IMG/VR virus record: IMGVR_UViG_3300030732_000036
Coordinates: 1-42,470 of that record
DNA from: a virus
Reading direction: 5' to 3' (one strand)
DNA length: 42,470 nt
Made by a program: the position numbers and the translations under genes. The notes below the pieces were generated by a model. It was not told the origin of the DNA. It did no database searches and saw only the letters and a program-made list of their open reading frames with translations. Of the stretch, positions 6,216 to 15,111 are shown piece by piece; the stretch's first letter is position 1, and each line of letters begins with the position of its first letter.

Positions 6216-7786
6216 TGGCCGCGCGAGCAAAAAAGCCGATGACCCGCGGCGAGCGGGTGATTGCGTTCATCGAAACCTACTGCATCGTGCCCGAGGGCGA
6301 CTTGATCGGCCAGCCGATGCGGCTCGAACCGTTCCAGCGCAAGTGGGTGCTGGAGGTGTACGACAACCCGCACGGCACCCACACCGCCGTGCTGTGCATC
6401 GGCCGCAAGAACGGCAAGACCGCGCTGATCGCGGCCCTTCTGCTGTGCCACATCGCCGGCCCCGAGGCGGTGCAGAATTCCCAGATCGTCAGCGGCGCCA
6501 TGTCCAAGGACCAGGCGGCCATCGTGTTCAAGCTGGCGCGCAAGATGGTCGAAATGTCCGGCGACCTGGCCGCCCGGGTGCGGGTGTTCCCCTCGGTGAA
6601 ATCCTTGCTCGGCCTGTCGAAGAACGTTGAGTACAACGCGCTGTCCGCCGAGGCGAAGACGAAGCACGGGCTCTCGCCGATCCTGGTGATCTTCGACGAG
6701 ATGGGCCAGGTGCGAGGGCCGATGAACGACTTCGTGACCGCGCTCGAGACCGCGCAAGGTGCGTATGACCACGCCCTGAAGTTCATCATCTCGACCCAAG
6801 CGCCGAGCGACGCCGACATGCTGTCCATCATCATCGACGCGCAGCTCGACCCGCTCAACACCCCGGACCCCCAGGTGGTGGTGCACCTCTACACCGCGCC
6901 GATGACGCGCAAGGGCCCGGACGGCAAGGACATCGAGATCCCTTTCGACGACGAGGACGGCATGCGCGCGGCGAACCCGGCGCTCGGGGTGTTCCGGTCC
7001 ATGAACGACCTGCGCAAGCTGTGCACGAAGGCCCACACCACGCCGTCGTTCGAGCCCGAGTTCCGGAACCTGAACCTGAACCAGCGGGTGGAGGCGGCGG
7101 CGCCGTTCGTGCCGCGGTCGGTGTGGATGGCGAACGGCGCCGACCCGGTGGCCAAGCCGCGCCCGCGCGTCTATGGCGGCCTGGACCTCTCGGCCGTCAA
7201 CGACTTGACCGCCCAAGTCCTGGTAGACGCCGACGACGGCAGCGTGTGGCCAACGTTCTGGTTGCCGGCGCACGGGCTCAAGGAGAAGGCGAAAGCGGAC
7301 AAAGTTCCCTATGACATTTGGGAGAAGCAAGGATTCTTGCAGACAACCCCCGGAAAAGCGATAGAATACGAGTTTATAGCCTTGCATTTGCGCAAAGTGT
7401 TCGACGAGAACGACGTGCAGCTGTTCGGTTTCGACCGTTACAACATGAAATTCCTGAAGCCTTGGCTCGCAAAAGCCGGGTTTAGCCAAGAGGAAATTGA
7501 CAAATTTGTTGAATTCGGGCAGGGTACGGCCAGCATGACCCCCGCCCTGCGCGACCTGGAGGTAAAATTGTTGAACGCACAACTTAAGCACGGCAACCAC
7601 CCTGTGCTCAACATGTGCGCAGCCAACGCCAAGGTGGTAGGCGACAGCGGCGCCCGCAAGTTCGACAAGCGCACCATCCGCGGTCGCATCGACGGTATGG
7701 TGGCCCTGGCCATCGCGGCGGGCGTGATGCCGCAGCCGGTCGAGGAAGAGTCCGGCACCCTTGAGGATTACCTGGCCACGGCATGA
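6215..7786 (+). CDS. terL: terminase large subunit
   Basis: Walker A-like motif CIGRKNGKT and Walker B-like motif ILVIFDEMG, followed by a C-terminal nuclease-type region. Sits directly upstream of the portal gene. Confidence 0.9.
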   Translation: MAARAKKPMTRGERVIAFIETYCIVPEGDLIGQPMRLEPFQRKWVLEVYDNPHGTHTAVLCIGRKNGKTALIAALLLCHIAGPEAVQNSQIVSGAMSKDQAAIVFKLARKMVEMSGDLAARVRVFPSVKSLLGLSKNVEYNALSAEAKTKHGLSPILVIFDEMGQVRGPMNDFVTALETAQGAYDHALKFIISTQAPSDADMLSIIIDAQLDPLNTPDPQVVVHLYTAPMTRKGPDGKDIEIPFDDEDGMRAANPALGVFRSMNDLRKLCTKAHTTPSFEPEFRNLNLNQRVEAAAPFVPRSVWMANGADPVAKPRPRVYGGLDLSAVNDLTAQVLVDADDGSVWPTFWLPAHGLKEKAKADKVPYDIWEKQGFLQTTPGKAIEYEFIALHLRKVFDENDVQLFGFDRYNMKFLKPWLAKAGFSQEEIDKFVEFGQGTASMTPALRDLEVKLLNAQLKHGNHPVLNMCAANAKVVGDSGARKFDKRTIRGRIDGMVALAIAAGVMPQPVEEESGTLEDYLATA

Positions 7787-9108
7787 AAAACAAGACCCTT
7801 ACCAGCCTCGCCAAGGGCATCTTCTTCTCCATTCGCGACGCGCTCGCGTACCGTCAGGCCGTTCACGACGCCAACAAGAATGTCACCATCAACACCGGTG
7901 ATAGTACCGCCAGCCGCGCGCCCGGCATTGATGTGGCTCTACAGCTGTCCACGGTGTGGGCGTGTGTGCGCCTGATCGCCGAGACCATATCCACGCTGCC
8001 CCTGTTCACCTACGAGACCGTGATGGTCGACGGCAAGCGCACCCGCCGCATCGCCGACGATATCCCCCTTTACTCCCTGCTGCACGACTCCCCGAACGCG
8101 GACATGACGGCCGTCGAGTTCTGGGAGGCGGTGCTGTCGGGCCTGCTGCTGTGGGGGAACGCCTACGTGCTCAAGACCTACGGCACCGGCGGTCGGCTGG
8201 TGGCGCTGACGCCGCTGAACCCCGGAGTGGTGACGCCGCGGCGCACACCAGGCGGGGCGATCGAGTACCTGTACGGCGACCGAACGGGACAAAAGATCTA
8301 CAGCGAGCGGGACATTTGGCATGTTAAGGGGTTCGGCACAAACGGGCTGTGCGGCCTGTCGCCGATCGGTGTGGGCTGGCGCTCGATGGCCGGTGCCGCC
8401 GCCGCCGAGGTGGCCAGCGCGAACACCTTCACCAGCGGCATGCGGGTGCAGGCGACCGTATCGGTCAAGGAGTACCTGAAGCCAGAGCAGCGCGAGCAGA
8501 TGAAAGAAAAGGTCATGGGCGCCGTGTTCGGTAACGCCCAGACCGGCCAGCTGCAGCTGCTCGAGGGCGGCGCCGAGATGAAGCAGCTATCCATCAACCC
8601 GGTGGACGCGCAAATGCTGGAAACGCGCCAGTACGGCGTCGAGGATCTGTGCCGCTGGTTCGGGGTGCCGCCGTCGATGATCGGCCACGGCACGGCCACC
8701 TCGAACTGGGGCACCGGGCGCGAACAGCAGAACATGGGTTTCGTACAGTACGTGCTGCGCGCCTACATGGTCCGCATCGAGCAGGGGATCAAGAAGTCCT
8801 TGATGACGCCGGCCGAGCGCCTGCGCTACTTCGCCGAATACAGCCTGGACGCGCTGCTGCGCGCCGACACCGAGACCCGGTTCAAGGTCTACGCCACCGC
8901 CACACAGAACGGGCTGAAGACCCGCAACGAGTGCCGCGCGTTGGAGAACGACCCACCGGTGCCGGGCGGCGATGAATTGACTGTACAAAGCAACCTCATC
9001 CCCCTTACACTGTTGGGCAAAATCACTAATACTGCCCAAACAGCAAAATCAGCCCTGCTCGATTGGCTGGGCCTCACCAAGAAGGATCACGATGGACTAC
9101 CTGACTAA
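7783..9108 (+). CDS. portal protein (HK97 family)
   Basis: ATGA coupling to terL. Portal signature LSTVWACVRLIAETISTLPL. Size of 441 aa fits. Confidence 0.9.
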   Translation: MKNKTLTSLAKGIFFSIRDALAYRQAVHDANKNVTINTGDSTASRAPGIDVALQLSTVWACVRLIAETISTLPLFTYETVMVDGKRTRRIADDIPLYSLLHDSPNADMTAVEFWEAVLSGLLLWGNAYVLKTYGTGGRLVALTPLNPGVVTPRRTPGGAIEYLYGDRTGQKIYSERDIWHVKGFGTNGLCGLSPIGVGWRSMAGAAAAEVASANTFTSGMRVQATVSVKEYLKPEQREQMKEKVMGAVFGNAQTGQLQLLEGGAEMKQLSINPVDAQMLETRQYGVEDLCRWFGVPPSMIGHGTATSNWGTGREQQNMGFVQYVLRAYMVRIEQGIKKSLMTPAERLRYFAEYSLDALLRADTETRFKVYATATQNGLKTRNECRALENDPPVPGGDELTVQSNLIPLTLLGKITNTAQTAKSALLDWLGLTKKDHDGLPD

Positions 9109-9757
9109 AGCGATCCCGCTGGAGATCAAGGCCCAAGGCGCTAACGGCACCTTCTCAGGGTATGGCTCGGTGTTCAACGTGCTGGACAAGGGCGGCGACA
9201 TCATCGTGCCGGGCGCCTTCACGGCCAGCCTGGCGCGCTGGAAGGCGTCGGGCCGCAACGTGCCCATGCTGTGGCAGCACGACACCGACGAGCCAATCGG
9301 GCACTGGCCTGAGCTGAAGGAAGACGACCACGGCCTGTTCGGCACCGACGCCCAGCTGTGGCTGGAGGACGCGCCGTATGCGCGCCTGGCGCAGAAGGGC
9401 ATGAGCACGAAGACGATCACCGGCCTGTCGATCGGCTACCGCGTCAAGCGCTTCTCGAAGGACACGGCGACCAGCGTCTATACGCTGCAGGAGCTGGATC
9501 TGGTCGAGATTTCGGTGGTCACGAACCCGATGAACGACCAGGCCCGCATCTCCGATGTGAAATCCATGATCGAGGCCGGCCGCTTGCCGAGCCTCCAAGA
9601 ATTTGAGCAGTTCCTGCGCGAGGCAGGCGGCTTCTCGAAATCGCAGGCCACCGCCATCGCCGGTAATGGTCTGTCGAAACTGCTGCACCGGGGTGAGCCT
9701 GGCGGCGACAATGGCGATATCCTGGCCGCGCTCAGCGGCTTCAAAATCACCCCATAA
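9092..9757 (+). CDS. prohead maturation protease (HK97 / S78-U35 type)
   Basis: Motif pattern FSGYGSVFNVLDKGGDIIVPGAF ... LWQHD...PIG ... SIGY. Lies between portal and capsid genes. Confidence 0.85.
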   Translation: MDYLTKAIPLEIKAQGANGTFSGYGSVFNVLDKGGDIIVPGAFTASLARWKASGRNVPMLWQHDTDEPIGHWPELKEDDHGLFGTDAQLWLEDAPYARLAQKGMSTKTITGLSIGYRVKRFSKDTATSVYTLQELDLVEISVVTNPMNDQARISDVKSMIEAGRLPSLQEFEQFLREAGGFSKSQATAIAGNGLSKLLHRGEPGGDNGDILAALSGFKITP

Positions 9758-9770
9758 AAGGAGTAACACC

Positions 9771-10952
9771 ATGCCACGCGACGACAACGACGCAACCGAA
9801 ATTAAAACCGAACTGGCCAAGATCGGCGATCAGGTCAAAGAATACGGCGAGAAAGCGCTGGCCGAAGCCAAGCGCGGTATCGCCATGACCGAGGCCGAGA
9901 AAGCCCGTGTTGACGAAATCCTGGTCAAGCAAGGCGAACTGCAGGCCGGCCTGACCGAGGTCGAGCAAAAGCTGGCACGCCAGGGCGAGCAGAACGACGC
10001 CCGTGTCAAATCGCTGGGCACCCAGGTGATCGAAAACGAGGCCTTCAAAAAGGCGCAATCCGCAGGCCAGCTGCGCCAGAAGGGCGGGCGCGTCACGGTG
10101 GAGATCAAGGCCATCGCCACGTCGACCTCGAACGTGGTCACCCCCGACTACCGCCCAGGCATCAACACGATTCCGAATCGCCGCCTGACGATCCGCGACC
10201 TGATTGCGCCAGGCCGCACCTCGTCGAACCTGGTGAACTACATCAAGGAAACCGGCTTCACCAACAACGCGGCACCGGTGGCCGAGGGTGCGCGCAAACC
10301 TGAATCGACCATCACCCACGCGCTGTCGAGCGCCGCGGTGAAAAAGCTGGCGCACTTCATGAAGGCCTCGACCGAGATCCTCGACGACCTGCCGGCGCTG
10401 ATGTCGCAGATCGACGCCCGCCTGGTCTACGGCCTGAAGCTGATCGAGGAAGGCCAGCTGCTCAAGGGTGCCGGCACCGGCAACAACCTGAACGGCATTT
10501 ACACCCAGGCCACCGCGTTCTCGGCGCCGATCGCCGTTACCTCGCCGACCAAGATCGATACGCTTCGCCTGATGCTGTTGCAAGCCGAGCTGGCCGAGTA
10601 CCCTTCGGACGGCATCGTACTGCACCCATCGGAATGGGCCACGATCGAGCTGCTGAAGGACACCACCGGCCGTTACCTGATCGGCAACCCACAGGGCAGC
10701 CTGTCGCCGACCCTGTGGGGCCGCCCGGTGGTCGAGACCCAGGCCATGACGGTCGACACCGCCCTGGTGGGTTCGTTCAAGCTGGCCGCGCAGATCTTCG
10801 ACCGCGAAGAAGCGTCGATCGTCATCGCGACCGAGAACGAAGACGATTTCGTCAACAACCTGATCACCATCCTGATCGAGGAGCGCCTGGCGCTGGCCGT
10901 GTACCGTCCTGAAGCCTTCATTAAGAACACCAACTTCGACGGCAGCGTGTAA
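9771..10952 (+). CDS. major capsid protein (HK97 fold family)
   Basis: AGGAG RBS. N-terminal coiled delta-like region, then RDLI..GRTSS..V.Y..E...N.A..VAEG..KPES typical of HK97-family capsids. The upstream extension from 9603 was rejected. Confidence 0.9.
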   Translation: MPRDDNDATEIKTELAKIGDQVKEYGEKALAEAKRGIAMTEAEKARVDEILVKQGELQAGLTEVEQKLARQGEQNDARVKSLGTQVIENEAFKKAQSAGQLRQKGGRVTVEIKAIATSTSNVVTPDYRPGINTIPNRRLTIRDLIAPGRTSSNLVNYIKETGFTNNAAPVAEGARKPESTITHALSSAAVKKLAHFMKASTEILDDLPALMSQIDARLVYGLKLIEEGQLLKGAGTGNNLNGIYTQATAFSAPIAVTSPTKIDTLRLMLLQAELAEYPSDGIVLHPSEWATIELLKDTTGRYLIGNPQGSLSPTLWGRPVVETQAMTVDTALVGSFKLAAQIFDREEASIVIATENEDDFVNNLITILIEERLALAVYRPEAFIKNTNFDGSV

Positions 10953-10959
10953 AACGGCG

Positions 10960-10979
10960 GGCGGCGCTTCGGCGCCGCC
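10960..10979 (+). terminator. GC hairpin with UUCG tetraloop after the capsid gene (partial terminator or mRNA stabiliser)
   Basis: GGCGGCGC-TTCG-GCGCCGCC lies 8 nt after the stop. Only TT follows, so termination is probably partial. Confidence 0.4.
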
Positions 10980-11002
10980 TTGCACACCCAAAGGACAGAA
11001 TC

Positions 11003-11242
11003 ATGAAAGTCAAAGCGAGAGCACTGGACACCTTCTTCGATGGTCGCCTGCACGCGGTCAAGGACGGCGTCTACACCATGAACAAGGGCAGCGCCGACGA
11101 GCTGGTGGCGGTGGGCCTGGTCGAGATTGTCGGCGATGCCGACGACGATGCTATCGACGACCTGGTCGACACCAAAATGGAACCGATCAGCCACAACAAA
11201 ATGGAGCCCGCGCCAAGGAACAAGGCCGGCGGCAAAAAGTAA
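11003..11242 (+). CDS. hypothetical small acidic/basic protein (79 aa)
   Basis: AGGA RBS. Acidic stretch followed by a duplicated KMEP motif and a Lys-rich tail. Confidence 0.55.
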   Translation: MKVKARALDTFFDGRLHAVKDGVYTMNKGSADELVAVGLVEIVGDADDDAIDDLVDTKMEPISHNKMEPAPRNKAGGKK

Positions 11243-11254
11243 AAGGAGCACGAC

Positions 11255-11722
11255 ATGGCAACAGGCAATATGAAGTGGTTCGCACAGGCGCTGCTCGATG
11301 GGTTCAAGAAACTGCACGACCTGAGCGCCGATGATATCCGTATGGGCATCGTGACTAACGCTGTGGTGCCGACGCTAGCCACGGCGGACCCGCGTTGGGG
11401 TGCCGGCGGCACCACCGATTTCTCGGCCAATCAAGTCCCTTTGGCGACCGGCTACGCAGGCCCTGTGGCGCTCGATAACGAGACATGGACCCTGGTGTCC
11501 AACGTGCCGACGCTGCGTGCCGATATTGAAGATATTCCGATGGACGCCAGTGGCTTCACCACCGGCGCCTATGGCATCATCTTCAACAACACGGACGCAG
11601 GCAAACGCTGCCTGGGCTTCGTCGAGATTTCGGCGGCGGGATCGGGCTCGAATGTCGGCGCGATCTTGCGTCTCGACTGGTCGGGTGCGAGCAACGACAT
11701 GTTCACCATCACCCAGGCGTAA
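11255..11722 (+). CDS. hypothetical structural-module protein (155 aa)
   Basis: AAGGAG RBS. Beta-rich composition, located in the head module. Function not recognised. Confidence 0.6.
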   Translation: MATGNMKWFAQALLDGFKKLHDLSADDIRMGIVTNAVVPTLATADPRWGAGGTTDFSANQVPLATGYAGPVALDNETWTLVSNVPTLRADIEDIPMDASGFTTGAYGIIFNNTDAGKRCLGFVEISAAGSGSNVGAILRLDWSGASNDMFTITQA

Positions 11723-11728
11723 GCACAC

Positions 11729-12817
11729 ATGGTCACGCCAACAAACGTCAGCTATTCGGCGGGCAGCGGCGAGACCATTTATGCGGGTCTCTTCGACCCC
11801 GGGGTGCAGCCGGCATGGCTGGCGGCGCACCCGGCGCTATTCGAGTGGTTCGAGATCCCCGGCACGTCCGGGGCGGATGGTGCGGCTGTTGACGCCTATT
11901 GCGGGATGGCTCTCAAACAGGCCACCGCCGAAATCATCGTCGCGCTGAGTGGCGGGCATCTGGATTCGTACGACAACCGGGTCAGCAGTATTTCCTTGCT
12001 GGATGACGCCCCAGCTTGGGTTCGCCGTCACGAGCCAACGCCAGCCGGGCAGGTTCTCGCCAACCAGTCATACAACGCGGACGGCCTGCCGGCATCGCGC
12101 CATACCCGGTATCAATGCATCTACGTGCCGCAACTGAACCGCTTAATCATGCTGGGGTCGCCGTCGCTATATGGCGGCAGCGTAGTGTCGTCTACGGAAT
12201 CGAACGGTTTCGACCTGGCGACGAATACATGGGATGCGGCAGGAACCTGGACACCAACGGCAAACGGCGGGTCATACGGGTCTGCCGTTGACGATCTTGG
12301 CAATATCTGGTTGCGTGGCGGTGGAAAATGGCTTCGTGAAACCGACACGATAGTGTCAACTGCTGTTGTTCGTGCGCCGAACATGTGGGACCCAGTGCGT
12401 CGGCATCTTTTCACTATGTACACCGGAGACGGGCAGGGCTTTGGAACTGACTTCGTGGCCAAGACCGTCCACGAGACGACGGGCGTCGGCACCAACATCA
12501 CGTTCAACGACAGCGCGGCGTACACCGAATTCCGAGCGCTGAGCCTTTCCTATTGTGCGATGACATACAACCCGCTGAACGGACGCTATCTCTATTATTT
12601 CGGCCAAGGTGCAAATCAGGGCGTGATTTACGAGGTAGCCCCGAACGACACGACCGTGTGGGACATGGCGAAGATCGTACAGGGCGCAGGAACCATCCTG
12701 CCTGTGGCGGCGCCTAGCGCGGGCATCCAGACCAAATTCCAATACGTCGCCGCGCTCAAAGGTATCGTGATGCTGGCGCGTAAGACATCGAACTTATACT
12801 TTATGCGACTGGAGTAA
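11729..12817 (+). CDS. beta-propeller-like (Kelch / galactose-oxidase-like) protein, function unknown
   Basis: 362-aa ORF with repeated G/W/Y-rich blade-like segments. Third codon positions look visibly less GC-rich than in flanking capsid genes. The fold call is tentative. Confidence 0.55.
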   Translation: MVTPTNVSYSAGSGETIYAGLFDPGVQPAWLAAHPALFEWFEIPGTSGADGAAVDAYCGMALKQATAEIIVALSGGHLDSYDNRVSSISLLDDAPAWVRRHEPTPAGQVLANQSYNADGLPASRHTRYQCIYVPQLNRLIMLGSPSLYGGSVVSSTESNGFDLATNTWDAAGTWTPTANGGSYGSAVDDLGNIWLRGGGKWLRETDTIVSTAVVRAPNMWDPVRRHLFTMYTGDGQGFGTDFVAKTVHETTGVGTNITFNDSAAYTEFRALSLSYCAMTYNPLNGRYLYYFGQGANQGVIYEVAPNDTTVWDMAKIVQGAGTILPVAAPSAGIQTKFQYVAALKGIVMLARKTSNLYFMRLE

Positions 12818-12820
12818 CAC

Positions 12821-13876
12821 ATGCCCGTTCAATCTGACGGAACCACAGGGTATCTCGAGCACCCCGATAAGATTGTCAGCGCCTACCCGATGTCACTAGC
12901 GGTATGGGGAACTCGCACCTCGTCGTCAGGCGATCAGTATTGGATCACTCAAGCTCAGTCCAACGGTGACCGATACGTCGGGGGCTACCAGAAAAGCGCA
13001 AGCGAAGCAAAGCTCGCGGTAATGCAAGAGCCCGGTTCGTCTCGCTCGGCGCAGAAATCGGGAGCCCCTAACGTCAGCTCAACCGTGCTGCAACTGATGG
13101 TGGTTGTTATCCACAGCAAGGACAGTCGGACTATTTATTTCGGTGACACGAACGGCGTCACCGACAATGCAACCGGTGTAAACGGCATTGCGAACCACAA
13201 CCTGTGCACGTTGGGCGCTCGGCACTACAACAGCGGAGCGGCGTCCCTATTCATCAAGGGGGCGCTGGCCGAAGCGCACTGGTATAACGTCGCGCTGACC
13301 CCCGCAGACGTCGGCAACATGATCGCCGATACGGTCAAGCCGGAAGCAATTTCAGGTTGGGTCGATGGTTGGATGCTGAAGGACTTCGAGGCCGACGGCA
13401 CGTACACCTCGATCGGCGGGACGCGCACCATGACCGCTGTTGGCGGTATCAGCGCATCGGCGCTGGCACATCCTATCAATCGGTCAAGCGGCGTCACCAC
13501 CATCAACTGCACCCCTGCCAACGCGGACGCGCAGGGTCTGACAGCGGCCGTCACGTCGGGCGGGGTGGTGGCGATCAGCTGCACGCCGGGGGCGGCCACC
13601 GCCGCCGGGGCGACCGCAGCGGTTAGGCGCTTGATCCATTCCGATTACGCCATCAATAACGCCGGCATCGCGCAGGCCAGCGCGGCGGTCCATTATTCGT
13701 GGTTCCCGGGCGGCCGTGTGGGGGCCCTGACCGGCATCACCCCAACAGAGGGCACCGCGACCTTGCAGGCGGACGGCAGCTTTAAAACGAATATCGACCT
13801 GGTCCCGGGCGCGCTGATGTACAGCGTTCTGGCGGGCTCCTACTTGGATGACGCGGTCTACTGGGAATTCTTCTAA
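12821..13876 (+). CDS. LamG / concanavalin-A-like lectin-fold protein with two C-terminal 24-aa Cys repeats
   Basis: GGAG RBS. Laminin_G_3-like end motif IKGALAEAHWYNVALTPADV. Repeats TTINCTPANADAQGLTAAVTSGGV and AISCTPGAATAAGATAAV lie at 13496-13624. Confidence 0.65.
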   Translation: MPVQSDGTTGYLEHPDKIVSAYPMSLAVWGTRTSSSGDQYWITQAQSNGDRYVGGYQKSASEAKLAVMQEPGSSRSAQKSGAPNVSSTVLQLMVVVIHSKDSRTIYFGDTNGVTDNATGVNGIANHNLCTLGARHYNSGAASLFIKGALAEAHWYNVALTPADVGNMIADTVKPEAISGWVDGWMLKDFEADGTYTSIGGTRTMTAVGGISASALAHPINRSSGVTTINCTPANADAQGLTAAVTSGGVVAISCTPGAATAAGATAAVRRLIHSDYAINNAGIAQASAAVHYSWFPGGRVGALTGITPTEGTATLQADGSFKTNIDLVPGALMYSVLAGSYLDDAVYWEFF

Positions 13877-15111
13877 TGCCTCTGCGGAACCTCAATCAGC
13901 GACTATCCCGTGGGCGGGTGCTCGACACCCCGCAATCGGGCCGCCTGGCGGAATTGTTCCCCTCGACGGGCGAACACGGCCCCGCATACCCTTACCCCAG
14001 CCTGGTGTTCCCTGCCGATACCGGCAAAGAGATCAGCGCCTATATCACCGTGCTGCCGGTCGGCCTGACGACCTTCGAAGCCGACAATCTGGGGCGCATG
14101 GTGGCGAGTGGCCCGGACGGCGTCTACACCTTCCAATTCCAGCTGGCGGCCAATGGTGTGGATGTCGGTGCTCCGGCGACGGGGACGCTGACCATTGGCG
14201 CTGCGGCACCGACCGTTATAAACTGCACCCCCGCCAACGCCGGTGCGGCGGGGCTCACGGCCGCCATCACAAACGGAGGCTTGACGACCATCTCGTGCAC
14301 CCCCGCCAATGCCGCCGCAGCAGGCGCGACGGCCACGGTCACGAACGGCGCGGTGAATACCGTGGCATGCACGCCCGCCGGTGCCGCAGCGGGCGGCCTG
14401 ACCGCAACGGTGACGTTCGGAGGGCTGACGACCGTTTCCTGCGCCCCCGCGGCCGCGCTCGCCGGGGGATTAACCGCCACGGTGACGAACGGGGCGGCCG
14501 TGATCGTCACCTGCACGCCGGCGAACGCGATTGCGGCCGGGCGTACCGCTATAATTTCTGGAGAAGACATGAGCGAACCGATCACCCTTGCCCGGGCTAA
14601 GGCTCACCTGCGGGTGGTCGTGAGCGATGACGACGACTACATATCCGACCTCATCGTGGCGGCCCGCCAGATGATCGAACAGCGCACCCAGCGCGCCATT
14701 GTGACCAGGACCGAGTCCCTCGCCTTCGACACCTTCCCTTCGGTCGTTCGGCTACCGTGGCCGCCGTTCTCCCAGATCCTCGAGATCAGCTATATCGACG
14801 AGAATGGCGCTTCTGCCACCCTGCCGCCGGAAAACTACGTCGTCAACGACTACGCCGAGCCCGCGAGGATGACGCGTGCCAGCGGCGCCACGTGGCCCAC
14901 CCACGCCGCGCAAGAGGCCGCCGTGGTGATCACCTATGAGACCGGGTACGCGGGCGCCAACGCCGTCCCCGTGCCGCTCAAACAGTGGATGCTGCTGGCA
15001 ATCGGCGCGATGTACGAGAATCGCGAGCAGTGCGCCGCCGGCGTGCAAATCTATTCGATCCCGGAGGACTTCATGGGCCTGCTGTGGCAACCCTACATGG
15101 TGTACATGTAA
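13876..15111 (+). CDS. Ig-like domain + 5 x 24-aa Cys repeats fused in frame to a gp6-like head-tail connector
   Basis: TAATG coupling to the upstream gene. Cys at residues 117, 141, 165, 189 and 213. The C-terminal 180 aa have the connector signature ITLARAKAHLRV..DDDDYISDLIVAARQMIEQ. Confidence 0.7.
   Translation: MPLRNLNQRLSRGRVLDTPQSGRLAELFPSTGEHGPAYPYPSLVFPADTGKEISAYITVLPVGLTTFEADNLGRMVASGPDGVYTFQFQLAANGVDVGAPATGTLTIGAAAPTVINCTPANAGAAGLTAAITNGGLTTISCTPANAAAAGATATVTNGAVNTVACTPAGAAAGGLTATVTFGGLTTVSCAPAAALAGGLTATVTNGAAVIVTCTPANAIAAGRTAIISGEDMSEPITLARAKAHLRVVVSDDDDYISDLIVAARQMIEQRTQRAIVTRTESLAFDTFPSVVRLPWPPFSQILEISYIDENGASATLPPENYVVNDYAEPARMTRASGATWPTHAAQEAAVVITYETGYAGANAVPVPLKQWMLLAIGAMYENREQCAAGVQIYSIPEDFMGLLWQPYMVYM
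14569..15111 (+). CDS. head-tail connector (gp6-like), possible independently initiated short isoform
   Basis: In-frame ATG 14569 is preceded by GGAGAAG. The resulting 180-aa product is a typical stand-alone connector in size and N-terminus. Confidence 0.55.
   Translation: MSEPITLARAKAHLRVVVSDDDDYISDLIVAARQMIEQRTQRAIVTRTESLAFDTFPSVVRLPWPPFSQILEISYIDENGASATLPPENYVVNDYAEPARMTRASGATWPTHAAQEAAVVITYETGYAGANAVPVPLKQWMLLAIGAMYENREQCAAGVQIYSIPEDFMGLLWQPYMVYM

Noticed and set aside
6071-7600. 509-aa minus-strand ORF opposite terL. Similar antisense or out-of-frame ORFs occur at 9747-10991, 15763-16962, 33503-34801 and 34651-35604.
   Set aside because: All overlap genes with recognisable motifs on the other strand or frame. 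They have no RBS or coupling logic and show Arg/Pro/Gly-rich composition.
13496-14568. Diversity-generating retroelement (template/variable repeat pair), suggested by similar repeats in two adjacent genes
   Set aside because: The closed genome has no reverse transcriptase. The copies are tandem intragenic repeats with scattered differences, not an adenine-specific TR/VR pattern.
14124-14585. 153-aa minus-strand ORF mirrored across the Cys-repeat region
   Set aside because: It is an Ala/Val/Pro-rich reverse translation of the repeats. It has no start context, and the plus-strand frame is coupled into the structural operon.
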